Assembly: GCA_003971905.1 (NCBI GenBank)
Contig: RSEE01000073.1
Span: forward strand, 124,001 to 188,000
DNA length: 64,000 bases
Origin: Moniliella sp. 'wahieum'
Taxonomy: Eukaryota
Direction of reading: 5' to 3'
A program made the position numbers and the translations under genes. The notes under the pieces were generated by a model, which did not search any database, was not told where the DNA came from, and saw nothing but the letters and a program-made list of their open reading frames with translations. This document shows, piece after piece, positions 52,029 through 64,000 of this stretch; position 1 is the first letter of the stretch, and each line of letters opens with the position of its first letter.

Positions 52029-53836
52029 AGAAGCCACAGCTATTGGGCCACAGAGTCGATACCTTCTACGGGTATTGACTCTCTGCCATTAGGTGGGTCG
52101 CGTTTTACGGCTCATGGTACATGTCGCACTGTACGCTACCAAGAAAGCATCCAAGCTCCTGTCAGCACCACTCTATATAGCTCTCCCCTCCGCTCCCAAG
52201 TTTATACTGCCCGATGAACCCCAATTTTTGTTCTCTCCTGGAAGTGCTCTACGATCTATCAAAGGTGGCGATATGCAGCTTGCTGAACTAGGAGAGCGTG
52301 GTTGTTCTATGCCATGTAGAGAGCCATTGTCGGGGAAAGAAGAGAGAACAGATAGCTGTGGATATCTTCGCCATGACCACGAGCAAAAGTCCCAAGGGAG
52401 AGTACTCAGCTCAAGCGATTCTCTGCATCCACCTCCTTCCTCCTTTATTAACCACACGATCAGCGCGGCTGGCTCCCGCGTCTTCTACGGACGAAAAGCA
52501 CACGTTGTGTAGCCAACTTTTCGGATAAAGAGAGAACACATAGTGGATATACTGTTGAGCCATCGGGTGGCTCGTGCTTTGGCCAATGTCCCTTCAGTTC
52601 CTCCTCAGGCCTGGGAGTTCCGTTGGTTTCTCTCTCTTGTTTTTCCTTGTTCCGCAGCTTAGCCCCTGGTGGCGACTCGCTGCTTGTTGTTCCTCTGTAG
52701 GCGTTGCTGGTTGGCTTAGACCACCACCACCACCAGTGCGATTGCATCACCCTCGAGGATCATCAAGGCTCCAGGTCTCATCATATACTTGACAAGGAAC
52801 CCTCCTCATGTGAGATGGGCATGCTTTGCCCACATGTTGGAAGGAACGTCCCGCCTTGTTGAGGCCAATATACCGAATCCAGACCGAGAAAAGTGATCTG
52901 GTCCGCAAGGCTGTTGGTTGTTGGTTGAATCCGCAAGGGAGGGGCCCGTGCTTTATCCATCGCCCACACCCGAACGCCAGCGGGGAAGCATGCCTCCCCC
53001 CCTCCCCCGTTTTGAAGGCGGTTTCCCATTGCAAAGTGGCAAAGCCGTAGTAGTGACCTCAAGAGAGAGAGAGAGAGACTGGCATGCCGAACGCCAGGGC
53101 TTGCGGCCCTCGAGGCTCTAACACGTCAAACGGCTGATTATGTATCCCTGAACTCAACCTCTCTGCCCAGCAGGTCGAACGCCGTCGCGGCACGTACCAC
53201 AGTACTCCACTTACAATGTCCACCCTGCCTACCCTGTCCAGCGCAGACGAGGCAGGATGAGGACCGAGGAGCATATCTCAAAAAGAGAGACGAAGGATGT
53301 GCTGTGGATGACACCAAAGCGGAAAGGGGGGCTCTTTGACGCCAAGTGGAAGAAGGCAAGGACAGGTGATGCCAGTGATGTGGGTGGGGGGTGGGGGGGG
53401 GAAATTTTACTGGTTAGAAGTAAGGTTATTAGTAGGTGAAGAGATAGCGTGGGTACTTCAAGGTGTTATGACTCAGTTGAGTGCCAATCTCCCACAACCC
53501 ACCCTTGATCAACTTGATCCGAGGACTACCCTGGCTTGGGATGAACTTGCCTGTTCCCACCCCCTACCCCCAGAGATACTCGCGGGGCCAAACGATCGGC
53601 TATATCCTCACGATGCATCCCATCGCCTCTCACTTCTGTGGTCGCCTCGAGGGGAAGGGGGGGAGGCAGAATGCCAAATGCGGCATGAAAACGTGGCACG
53701 CAGGAACTGCTGTAGCCTAGGTGAATTGCTTCTCCTCATATTCCTCGTCGTACAGCCCATCTGAAGCAACTGGTGGTGATTCGGTTGGTTTGGTGCTGCT
53801 GCCTACGCCCTGGGAGGGTACTACACAGCCCATAGG

Positions 53837-53892
53837 GTACGGCCCACAGCGTACGGCCCATAGCGTACGGCCCACAGCGTACGGCCCACAGC
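53837..53892 (+). repeat. 14-bp minisatellite GTACGGCCCAYAGC x4
   Basis: Four adjacent copies read directly. Confidence 0.9.
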
Positions 53893-54135
53893 GTTCCCTC
53901 GCCTACACCAACATTCGCTCTGGTGAGATGGGGTGAGAATACATATATACATTGTCTGGTCTCTGGCCATCTCTCTCTCTCTCACGGCACATAGCACTTA
54001 GCACGCGTACGTGCACATGCACATGCACATGCGCGTGCATAGGGGCGCGAAGCTCCCTTCCCTCCTCGTAGCAGGACACTTGTTTTCAAGCTTCAGGATC
54101 GGTGGCCAAAGGGGGAGAAAGAGAGGAACTAGTTC

Positions 54136-55928
54136 CTAGATGCGTGCATGGGCGCGGCGGCGGAGCCACGTGACGCCAGCAGCGAGCACGGCAGCGAGCA
54201 AGAAGGCCACATCAAACAACGTCCCAAACGCATCTTCAAACGGCGGGAGGGAAGCCAACAGAGCCGGTCCTGGATCGACGGCGGTCCCTTGCGCAATCGC
54301 TTGGCCTGCCACGGGCGCGTTCCGGCCCAGCAAGTGGGCGGGGGAAGAAAGGGAAGAGGAAGAGGGATAGGAAGAGGGCGCTACGCCCGAGATCAAGTGC
54401 GAGCTAGGACCTGAGCTGGGTGCCCACCCCGAGCCTGAGCCTGAGCTCGAACCGGCCCCGGCGCCGGGAACCGATCCGGCTAGCGAGCCAGGGCCCAGCG
54501 CGCGGTGAGGGAGCAAGATGGCACGTACTTGGAGCAAGGCCGCGAGCAAGTAAGCCGCGCCAGCTTGGGCTAGGAACAAGGCCAGGCCATCAGCGGCGTG
54601 GTGGAAGAGGCTTGGGAGGAAGAAGAGAGGTAGCGTCCCAAGCGCAGGAGGCCGTTCATGACGGTTCGTAAGCGGAGCGAGATGAGGATGCCAGCAACGA
54701 GGAGGGAGGTGACGTGGGTCAGCAGGGCTGGGTCCAAGTGCGCCGTGGGAAGATGGAGCAAACGCATGAACCAGAGTAAAATGCTCGATGCATGTTCAGT
54801 TGCCGTGCCTGATTTCCCACTGGGACGCCACGAGCGCGGCAAAAGGAGCGAAAGGAGCAGACTAATCAACGTGGTTAGGATGATCACTGCGCCGTACAGT
54901 CCCACCACGGCGTCGAGCGCCAAAGTAGCTCGTCCCATCAGGCTCGTGGCACGTTGCGCGCGCGCATGCGCCGCGGCCAGGTGCGAGCGATCTTGTTCGA
55001 GCGTGAGCGTGATGCGTTCCAGCGAGTCCAGCTCCGAGCGCAGCACCGCCGCATCTTTGCCCCCGGGTAAGGACCGTAGTACCGAAGGCACCCACCCGCC
55101 CCATCCAGGATCTTTAGTGTGGTCCTTTTGTTCCAGCGCAGCCAGCGCCAGCCGTTTGGACGCCGCGTCTTCCCTTGCCCGAGTCACCGCCGCATCGGCC
55201 GCAGCCAAGGCAGACGAATGCGAATGGGATGCTGTGCCACGGGAAGGCGTCTCGGTGACAGTAGAGGAAAGCGGGATGTAATCTTCCGACGACGAAGCCG
55301 GTGCCAGACCCAAGTAGGGCGCGAGCCATCGCGGCGCCCACAGTTCGGCATCGAGCCATGCGTCCGACGCTGCGGCCGCGGCGGCACTGCCAGACAAAGT
55401 CCTAGTAGCACGGTACCGACGGTGCATAGGCGCAGGAGGCCGGGGGCCATCAGCGTGTGGGGCACGTCCGACGGCACGGGGATGGCGAGAAAGAGGAGCG
55501 CCCAAAGGAGGAAAGGGATGAGCGTAGCACTCCAAGCAACTTTGCTGGTAATGCGGCCGTTCCACAGACCGGTCCCAAGACCACACAGCACCAGCGGGAT
55601 CAGCACGGCATGGAGCAGAGCGGTGGCGAAACAGGCGGCGGACCATAGGGGGCGGAGTTGCGGCCGGGCACTAGGGCCCAGCGCCGCATCGGCCACAACG
55701 AGAACAAACATCGCCGCGGGCTCCTCGAGAGCAAGACTGAACAGCAAAGAAATCTTCCATGGCGCGGAGGGCGGAAAGCGGGTGCGCGGGCCACCGCGGG
55801 CGTGGGCAGGTCGGCGGTGGCAGAGGAGGCTCGAGCGCGCCGCGGACAAAGGGGAGGAGCGCGCGCCAGCACACGGCGGCAAACACGCCGCGCACGGCGA
55901 GCACCACCACGTGCGCCGTGCCCAACAT
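54136..55928 (-). CDS. GPR89: GPR89/Golgi pH regulator (ABA-GPCR-like) membrane protein
   Basis: Transmembrane segments with LFSLALEE..FVLVV, RLCTVGTVLLG-LSGSAA, ELDSLE coiled region, TSLMGR..GLYGAV, SLLVAGILI..LR, LAQAGAAYLLAALLQVR and LFDVAFLLAA, in GPR89 family order; several indels. Confidence 0.8.
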
Positions 55929-56823
55929 GCGTATGGAGGGGGTGGGCGCAGACGCGTATGGAGCACGGGCGGGGCAGGCGGCTGGCGTGGCAAGCCCAGC
56001 AAGCGCGGCGAGGTGGTGGCCAGCAGGTTGGTGGGACGGGGAGCGAGCGAAGGCGGTCCATCAGGACATCAGTCGACTGGTCGCTGTGCGGTTGGATCTG
56101 GTCATCGATCATTGACGGCCATTCATGCATCGTGATGCATGACTGCCACCACCCAGCCCCAACTTTCAGGCGCCACGCTGCAAGAGCGAGATGCTCACGT
56201 GACCGACGATCTGCCTCCGGTCGCTGCCCAGCTCGCTGTGGCGGGGCGCGCTTGGCTATGGAAAGCACCGCACAACACGGACAAGGAGGGCAGGCAAGCA
56301 TGGTTGAGGGGGGGGGGGGGCGGCGCCTGCGTCGCACCTGGCACCTGGCATCTGGCAGCTGGCAACCGGCCCAGAGTGGGTTAGGCGATGGGGGGGGGAG
56401 GGGTCCTGCGACGAGGTCCACAATCGCACCAGACGTGTCCGAACCCCTTTTCCTTTTGCTGCTACTTTTCACCAAACACCGGTCCCCCCGGGCCGACCAA
56501 GCGAGGGACGCGAGCATCAGGAGGGGCTCGGCCGTGCAGCAGGGAAGGATGTGGGTCAAGGGAACGAAGGAGCGGAGCGTGGGGACATGGGACAGGAAAG
56601 GATGGGTATGGGGGGAGCGGGGCGGGGCAAGGCAGACAAAGGCATGTGTGTGCGTTTGGTTGCTAGTTGGTGGTCGGGGGGGGGCGCTTCGGCTGAAGCT
56701 TCAGCTGAAGCTTGAGGGCGTAGTGAAGGATATGGAGCGCGAGGGGCGGGCCGGGAGGGGGTTCTAAGAAGTAGGTGGGTAGGCAATAGAAAACCGAGAT
56801 AGGTAGGTAGGCAGTTGCAGTAG

Positions 56824-58471
56824 TTACTCGTCGTCCTCGAGTTCAATGGTAAACGAGGTGATCTGGGGCAAGTAAGCCGATGCGGCGAGGTCGAGGCACC
56901 ACATATCCCCAAACACGTCTTTCCCATCAAACCCACCATGAACAAAGAGGCGCGAGTCGCGGAGCCAGGTTTGGTGGTACCCGCGGCCGGGGGGCAAAGC
57001 GCCATACGCTTTGCGCTGCTCCCATTGGAGGTTGACCAAATTGAGGGTAAGGATGTTCATGGTGTAGGACTGGCTGTCGTGACCGCCGACAATGAAGAGG
57101 TAGGAGCCGACTTGGGTCGCAGTGTGGCCGAGGCGGTGGTGAATCTCGTCGGTTTGATTTGGTACCATACCTTGGTTTGGAGGTCGAGGATGTGAATGTC
57201 GTTAAAGCTCATGTGACCATCGGAACCACCAATGACGATCAGTTTGTCGTCGACAATGTTGGCGGTATGGTAGCCGCGGCCAAGCGGGACCTTGCCCGTG
57301 CACTCCCACCTCGTCCACTCGAGCATGGGGGGGTATCGCCATCGAGATCGAGCGAGGGGGGTTCGGTGCTGGGAATGGGACGAAGAACATGAACGTCGTT
57401 CAAGGCGCCGACGCCGTTCCCACCCCCAAACACCACCATCTGGCCCCGCCAGGTATTGGCCGTGTGAGCACGAGAGAGGGGCGGGGTGCCAAAGATGTGG
57501 ACGCCAGGTTGGGGTTTGGACCAGCGAAGAGCGAGCGTGTCGAGGACATAGAGATCGTTAAAGTAATGCGGGCCGTCGCCGCCGGCAAAGACGTACAGAG
57601 TCTGCTGAATCATGCAGGACGAGTGCGCTCTCCGGGCCGGGGGGATGTCGCCCGACACGCGGGGCCGGGCCCACGACATGGTCTCTGTGTCGAGTGTCCA
57701 GAGCTCGCGGAAACAGCCCTTGGAGTCGCACCCACCAAACAAGAACATCGTTTCCTCGCTCAGGGTGGCCGTGTGCGCACGGAACGGGCGGGGGGGACCA
57801 CGCCGTGGATGGGGGTGCGGGACCAGTACATGCCCGGCGCCGGCGCCGGGTTGACGCGCGCCGAGGGCAGGTGGGGCACGGCGATGCGCACAGCAACGCG
57901 AGAACTCGAGTCGCGCACGTCACGCACCTCGCGCTCGCGCTCGCGCTCCCGTTCCGTTCCCGCTCCCGCTCTCGCTCGCGGCTGTCGCGGCCATCCTTCT
58001 CGCGCTCCTTGCCCCTTGACCTCGAACCCTCTTGCCGCCCGGTGGAGGAGCGGGAGTGGGCGGAGGCAGGTTGGCGATGGTCTGGGGCAGAGGAGATGGT
58101 TGCAGCCGGGGCAGGGGCCGGGGGGGGGCAGGGGGGAGTGGCAGCAGGGCAGGAGCAGGAGCAGGAGTAGATGCCGACGCAGAGACTGACGCAGAGGCCG
58201 ACGCGCCCGAGCGGCTGGTGGGGGTGTTGGTGGGGCGGGGGAGGGCGGGCCAAAGCTGAGGTCGGCGTGGAGCTGGCCGAGGGAGAGGCTGCTGGCGGGG
58301 GCGGTGGGCACGGGAGGGGGCGGGTGGTGGGGGGGGTGAGGGTGCGCGTGGGGCGGGGCGGCGGCGGGTGGGGTGAGGGTGTGGGTGTGGGTGCGGGTGT
58401 GGGTGCGGGTGCGGCTGGGACGGCGGCTGGGGCGGGGAGATGGAGGCGAAGGCGGGGTGGGAGACGTCCAT
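56824..58471 (-). CDS. Kelch-repeat beta-propeller protein with Pro-rich N-terminus
   Basis: Six Kelch-like repeats (MFLFGGCD, RRAHSS..YVFAGGDG..FNDLYVLD, VVFGGGNG, GRGYHTA..IVIGGSDG, RLGHTA..FIVGGHD, GRGYHQ..FVHGGFDG) across frames joined by indels. Confidence 0.9.
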
Positions 58472-60373
58472 GGTGGGGAGGCAGCGGAGGGCGGACGTTG
58501 GACGTGGACGGCGCAGAGAGAAAGGAAGGGCGAGCGGCAGGCGGCAGCCACACCGAGTACTCAGTTGAGTAGTGTGCTGGCGGATGATCGATAAGCAGCA
58601 AATAATCAGGCCCAGCGCTGGGCTGTCGGGGGCTGCGTGCGCACTGCTCGCTGTCTGAGTGCTCGTGTGGGATGGCAGTGCGTACGTCAGCGCAGCGTGC
58701 ATCCCAAGCTTGGCATGCACTATGCACGGGCCGACTGCGATCGGCCGCCGCGAGCATCGATGGACGATGCACGTCACGCGTCACGCGTCACAGCGTCACG
58801 CTGGGCCAGCCATGCGCCGAGACAGGGCGGCTGGGCTGTGCAGGCCAGCAACCCAGGCGTCGTGTGCCATGTGCCATGCGACATGCGACCAGTGCGCGTC
58901 ACCTGGGTTACTGTCCTACTGAGTACTGACGCGTACGCAACTCCAACGCAGTCCTGCGCACGCCCAGTGTATGACCAACGCAGCGCCGGGCTTGTCTCGC
59001 TTCGCACCCGCTGCCAGCGTCGGCTGAGGCCCAGGCGGCCGCGCTGTGCCCCGGTGGGACTGGTGACCAGCACACGTCACATGTCACACGTCAAGCTTCC
59101 AGCTTCCAGCTTCACTTCAAGGCGGCATGCAGCCTGCAGCCTGCGCGTCATGCTCTGCGCGTGCCCACGCAGTACGCAGTCGCAGTACTCAGTACTCACC
59201 GCTTGCCCGCCACACGCATTGCTCCGGGCGCCACATTGGGCCCTGGCACAGCACAGTGCACCTGTGCGGCAGCCAGCCGCGGAGCACTCAGACCAGGGCC
59301 GCAGTTCCCAGTACTCAGTACCCAGTTACTCCGTGCGGGTGCCTGCGGGTGCGCCTGCCATGCAATGCGCCCCCTCACCCATCGATGCCGCTCACCGGCC
59401 ACCTGTCATCGATCGTGGATCATCGAATCTGTCGACGCGCTTTCGAATTGGCAGAGCATCCAATATCCAACGTCCAGCTTCCAGCCTCCCCGCCGCGCCA
59501 GGCCGCTGCCAGCTGCGTTGGAACGGCCGCCTGGGAAGCTGGAAGCTTGGAGCGTTCACTGGAACTGTCCCACTGCAAAAGCTTGAGCGTGTTCAACAAC
59601 AAGCTTCCAGGGACTGCTGACGTACGAGTAGCATCATGTGCTGCTTGCTAACCGAGGCCATGTGCCATGTGCCATGTGCCATGTGCCATGTGCCATGCAC
59701 CCCCTCGCATACAAACAAGACATGCGCATTCCGCCTTGCGCGCTGCCCCACCCGAGGCCTGACCCCTGGGTTGCTACATCGACCGAGGGGAGCACCTTAC
59801 CCACCCCATTCCAACACGTCCCTCCCGAGTGTGCTGGCGCTCCGCCTCAACTCCTCTGTGCTCCCCGCCCTCCACACGGCGGGGGTACGCGAGCCTATGC
59901 ATCACCACATTCAACGTTCAACCGGCCATCATTAATCATTGTCATCGACATCATCCAACGAGCGCAGCCACAAGAGAGAGCCAAACCACATCAAACCAAA
60001 CCAAAACGAGAGAGAAACAGAGCGTACCGCGTCGCGTGTCGCGCGCAGCCCAGCATCCCAGCGTCCCAGCAGGCAACCAACAGCCTAGGCCAGGGAGACA
60101 AGTTGAACGCGGGGGAGGGGAAGGGGAGACAGCGGGAGATTACTAGGGAAAAAAAGATAAAGATAAAGATAGGACGTGTCGTGCCGGCGCGGGGCCGGGG
60201 GGAGGGGGGGTTATTCGATATAGGACCAACGGCGAGCGAGAGAGGAGATAGGAGAATGGGAGAGACAACGTGGCGCCTCAGGGGTTCGTAGCACACGAGC
60301 CCACTAGCCACTGGGCACCGGACCTGATCGACCCTCGCTCCTCGCTCCTTGCTCCTCGCCCATCAACCATCGA

Positions 60374-62926
60374 TCATCTTTCCTCTTGTGCTTCAAGCCG
60401 TCGTAGGGCCTGGAGCAGGATGAGGGGCTTGAGACGAGTCGCTGCGCGTGGGCGAGGAGGGAGCGACTGGGGCAGGCGCGGCGCAAGGGGGAGGAGGGTG
60501 TGGTCTTGCTTGTTCTCAATTTGCGTGGGCTGGGGCGCCTGGGGGAGCGCGCCAGACGCAGCGGGCAGATCCAGGTGCGTGCCAAGAGCGGGCGGGGGGT
60601 CCAGGTCCGCAGAGGGAAAGTGAGCCGAGTACTTATCCACCAGGCTCTTGACCTTGCCCACTAGGACCGCTCGCTCGGCCTGGATGTGCTCAAAGGTAAA
60701 CTGCGGGTGGGCAGGACGCGGCAGGCCACGCATCAAGGGGCCCACGTTCCTCGGCGCCGGCAAGCCCAGCGCAAGGAACAGCGGCGGAAGGGAACGGTAC
60801 ACGTCCAATGCGTTTTCTCCCAGTCGGAGCGAGATGTACGCCCACAAGGCCAAGCCGGGCCAGACGAGCATAGGTAACGCCGGTAGGCCCACCACGGGCA
60901 CCGAACTGAAACTCAGTCGGCGCAACCGACTCCACCACGTTGAGCCGAGAATCCACCATGACGGGCGCGTCGCTGGTGCAAAGGTCTTCTGAGCCGCCCA
61001 GGTAAAGACCAAACTGTACAGCGACCACAGCGTGGGGGATACGACGGCGGCCACCATGACTTTCCAGCTGGCCAAGACGTCGCGAGCGGCCACCTTGACA
61101 GTGGATTCGGCCAACGCCTCGCGCGCCTTGATCCGAGCCAAGCGTTCGGAAATCAGGTAGATGGGCAAGTTGAGCGCAATGCCCGGAAGCGCCACGCTCA
61201 ACCAGCCCAGCAGCCGAGCCAGCCGAAGCACCAGCACGCCCATCATCCATGCCCGACCGTGAAGCCGCGCTTGCCTGGTCGCATTGGCCACCTGATGATC
61301 TTCCAAGCCAAAGGAACCCAGAACGTCGAGGTACCTCTCGATTTCTTTTTGTAGTTGCATCACGTCGGGTTCGTGGCGGAAATGGAGGTAGCCCTTGAGC
61401 AGCTTACGACTGAGCGCCATCACCTGGCCCGGGCTCAGGTGTCGACGACGTTCCTCCTGTTCGGCAAAGGAAAGGGGTGCCACCTCGTCCCCCTCCAACG
61501 AGTGCTGCAACGGAAGCGGATACAACCGGCGAGCCGCATGGACAAAGCGCAGCGTGGCGAAATCGGGGGCCTCAATCACCACGCTCTTCACCCCTTCTTC
61601 GATTCTCGCCATCATTTCTCCTGTCGCGGCTCGCTTTTGCTTGCCGCCCTGAGAAAACTGCTGTACCAGCTCTGGCGGGACGGGAATCGACCGTCCAAAC
61701 TCCACCACGGCACGGGAACGGAACTGGTCCCGGTGGAAATAGTAGAGGCCGACCGGGACCACCTTAAGTTTGAGGTTGGGATGGGTCGATAGCGCACCCA
61801 ACGCAATCAATGCAGCTCCTGCTTTGAGGGGGAGGAGAGAAGTGCGGTCGTGGCTCCCCCCTATATAGACAAACAAAACTGTTACCTCGAGTCTCTGAAA
61901 CCAACGGGGCCACCCTACTTACCTTCGGGGAAGATACCAACGCTCTCAGAGAGGAGCAACCGTTCGTATACTTGTCGGTACATGGAAGACTGGTCTAGGT
62001 AGGGCACCACGGTGAACTCCGACCCGTGGTCCAAAGCTTCGGACAAGGCTTGCATTTCAATTCGGTCGTTGGTGGGGAACGGAGCTTTGACCCGCACCTC
62101 GGTATCGGAGATGACTTGGACTACCGTTGCCGTTCCACTGCCCAATGGTTTGGGAAGCATAATCTGTCCACGCACTTCCAGCTGCTCGGTGAATACCGTA
62201 CCTTGTCCCACGACCAGTGTCGGGTCAGACGAGGAGACACGGACTGTGCCTTTTCCCGGCTTGGCATTGTCAAATGCGCGGGCAACCGGGACTAGAACGC
62301 GAACCGGTCAGTGTCCATCAAAACAAAAACAAAAACAACAAAAAGGGAAACGAGCGCAACCTACTTCCTTGCATGGCCCGAGCAAAAGCACCGACAAACA
62401 ACCGTTTCCAGCTCTTCTCGGCCGTGACAAAGGTAACGTGTCGGCCACTGGCGCGGAGAAGCTCGGACGAGACGACGGCCGGGTCGAGGAACTGGTTGGC
62501 ATGCGGTGCACACACAAATAGCACCCCATCTGCTTCTCCCGGAGCGGTGGCAACGAGGGGGATGCGGTAGATCCCGCGCGTCTCCACACACCGGAAGAAC
62601 ACATGCAGCACGATTCTCCACAGCGCAATGATCATGTCAAGCGACTGGACTGGCGTCAGGATTGGATTGGATTGGATTGGATGGTTTCCCCCACACTACA
62701 GGAAGAAGGGACGTACCATGTTGGCTGGGTTGAGGCCCGAAGCAGCAAAGAAACGCACCAACGCCGCCTTGACAGAGGGGGGGAGATTGGCATCGACAAA
62801 GTGCGGAGGCAAGAAGGGGATGGAATTGAAGAACTGGGTTAGGGAGAGCTGGGCGGCATGCTGGGCACGCTCCGCCCTGGAGTTGGCAGGCGCAGCGAGT
62901 AGGGTGGACCCGGGTGACACGGGCAT
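60374..62926 (-). CDS. SCT1: Glycerol-3-phosphate/DHAP O-acyltransferase (Sct1/Gpt2 family)
   Basis: Exons 62926-62717, 62644-62365, 62291-61923 and 61860-60374 splice in frame. Motifs FVCAPHANQFLDP, IPVARAFD, IFPEGGSHDRT, VPVGLYYFH..FRSRAVVEFG and RDVLASWK. Confidence 0.95.
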
Positions 62927-64000
62927 GGCGAGGTGAGGCCTGAGGGGTGGTGGGGGTGGTGGTGGTGAGCTGCTGGGTGGCGTTGGGCTCCCATTTGTAA
63001 TTTCCCCACCGGGCAGACCCCGCTTTTTTTAGGGGTTAGCATCCACCCAACCCCACAGGCGTGGCAACGCGGCAGGCCAGCCCCTACCACGCTGGGTTAG
63101 ACGTTAGCCGGTTAGAACTGGCCTGGCGGGTTCAAGTTGAACCGCCGCCCATCCTTTCATTTTTGCCCATTTTTGCCCCTCATTTCGGGCGGCCCTTCCG
63201 GTCCCTCAGCCGGCGGGGGCCGGTGGAGCTAGAGGAAGCCAGACGCTGCTCCGCCTGAGCGCCCTGCCGCCCATGTGCCGATGTCACTACGCCGTGGAAC
63301 ACGTAGACGCACGCCCAGGGCAGAGCCAGGAGCACCGACAGTCATTATAGCCTGCTATACTTGTCGCGGCCGTCTCGTCGCGTAAAGAAAGAGTGCATCC
63401 CTCAGGTGCCCTGCAGCCCGTCGGGCGCGCGTGACGTCTAGGTGTATACTGATGCCATCTAAAGGTGGCATCCAAAGGCACGTGTCGGGCAGACGCGTGC
63501 TCCCTGTGGGCGTGGTGGCCATCGAGGGCAACGTGCAAGGCCTGCAGACGGTTCGCATCCTGGTCCGCAAGCCATGTTCAGAACCGACCAATGGGAATTC
63601 CCCACCTATAGTTTCTTGGTCGCTTGTTCCGAGGTTGCGGCAACCTACGCAGATGAGAACGCGGGCCATGGGCGTGTCAAAGCCCCTTCGATAGAGTGTG
63701 TGCGGATCCAGAGAGCCAAGATATGGGAACGTAACAAGATTCTATAGGCTCTGCCACCTCGGCCTACAGTACCGACCCGATTGTTCTGTTACGATTCCTC
63801 GCCCACCCACCACCGCCATCTGTCTTTTCTGCTCTCCTCTGCGCCCAGGCACGGTTCCTTCTTACCCTACATAGGCAACGTGCCGAAATACCATGCAATA
63901 TGCGTCCCTCGGTCCGGGTCTAGGCAAACTCGGGGCGGCAAAAGTCACCCGGTCCATAAGGCTGTACAAAGAAACACGTTAACTCGTGGCCAGCAAGCAA

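Noticed and set aside
63026..63115. TTAGGG/GGTTAG-like words as interstitial telomere repeats
   Set aside because: Only scattered single copies, not tandem.

Overview
This is GC-rich eukaryotic genomic DNA from a basidiomycete fungus. Compact genes with few, short GT-AG introns suggest Ustilaginomycotina, which is an inference. About 17 protein-coding loci are supported: a secreted carboxylesterase (truncated at the left edge), striatin/Far8, Scd6/Lsm14, phosphoglycerate mutase, a GTPase-less Ski7-like protein, NDUFB9, Eaf1, an F-box protein, Pho85, gamma-glutamyltranspeptidase, Ndc1, an Fpk1/Kin82-type AGC kinase, a DHA1 MFS transporter, a hypothetical protein, GPR89/GPHR, a Kelch protein and glycerol-3-phosphate acyltransferase. 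There are also two intron-containing tRNA genes (Glu-CTC and an atypical Phe-GAA). Most genes carry 1-nt indels that look like long-read consensus errors, so CDS coordinates are gene spans, not clean ORFs. A ~9.8 kb gene-poor, lower-GC block (41.1-50.9 kb) holds a CRE-like non-LTR retrotransposon remnant, a second copy of its 3' end and a Helitron-like 3' terminus. The most striking unexplained signal is an intergenic 7-bp-period grammar: TCA (or TGA) + a 4-bp palindrome, repeated. I found 15 of the 16 possible palindromic spacers, and spacers switch identity within an array without losing register. This points to an undescribed repeat-generating process rather than to ordinary microsatellites.
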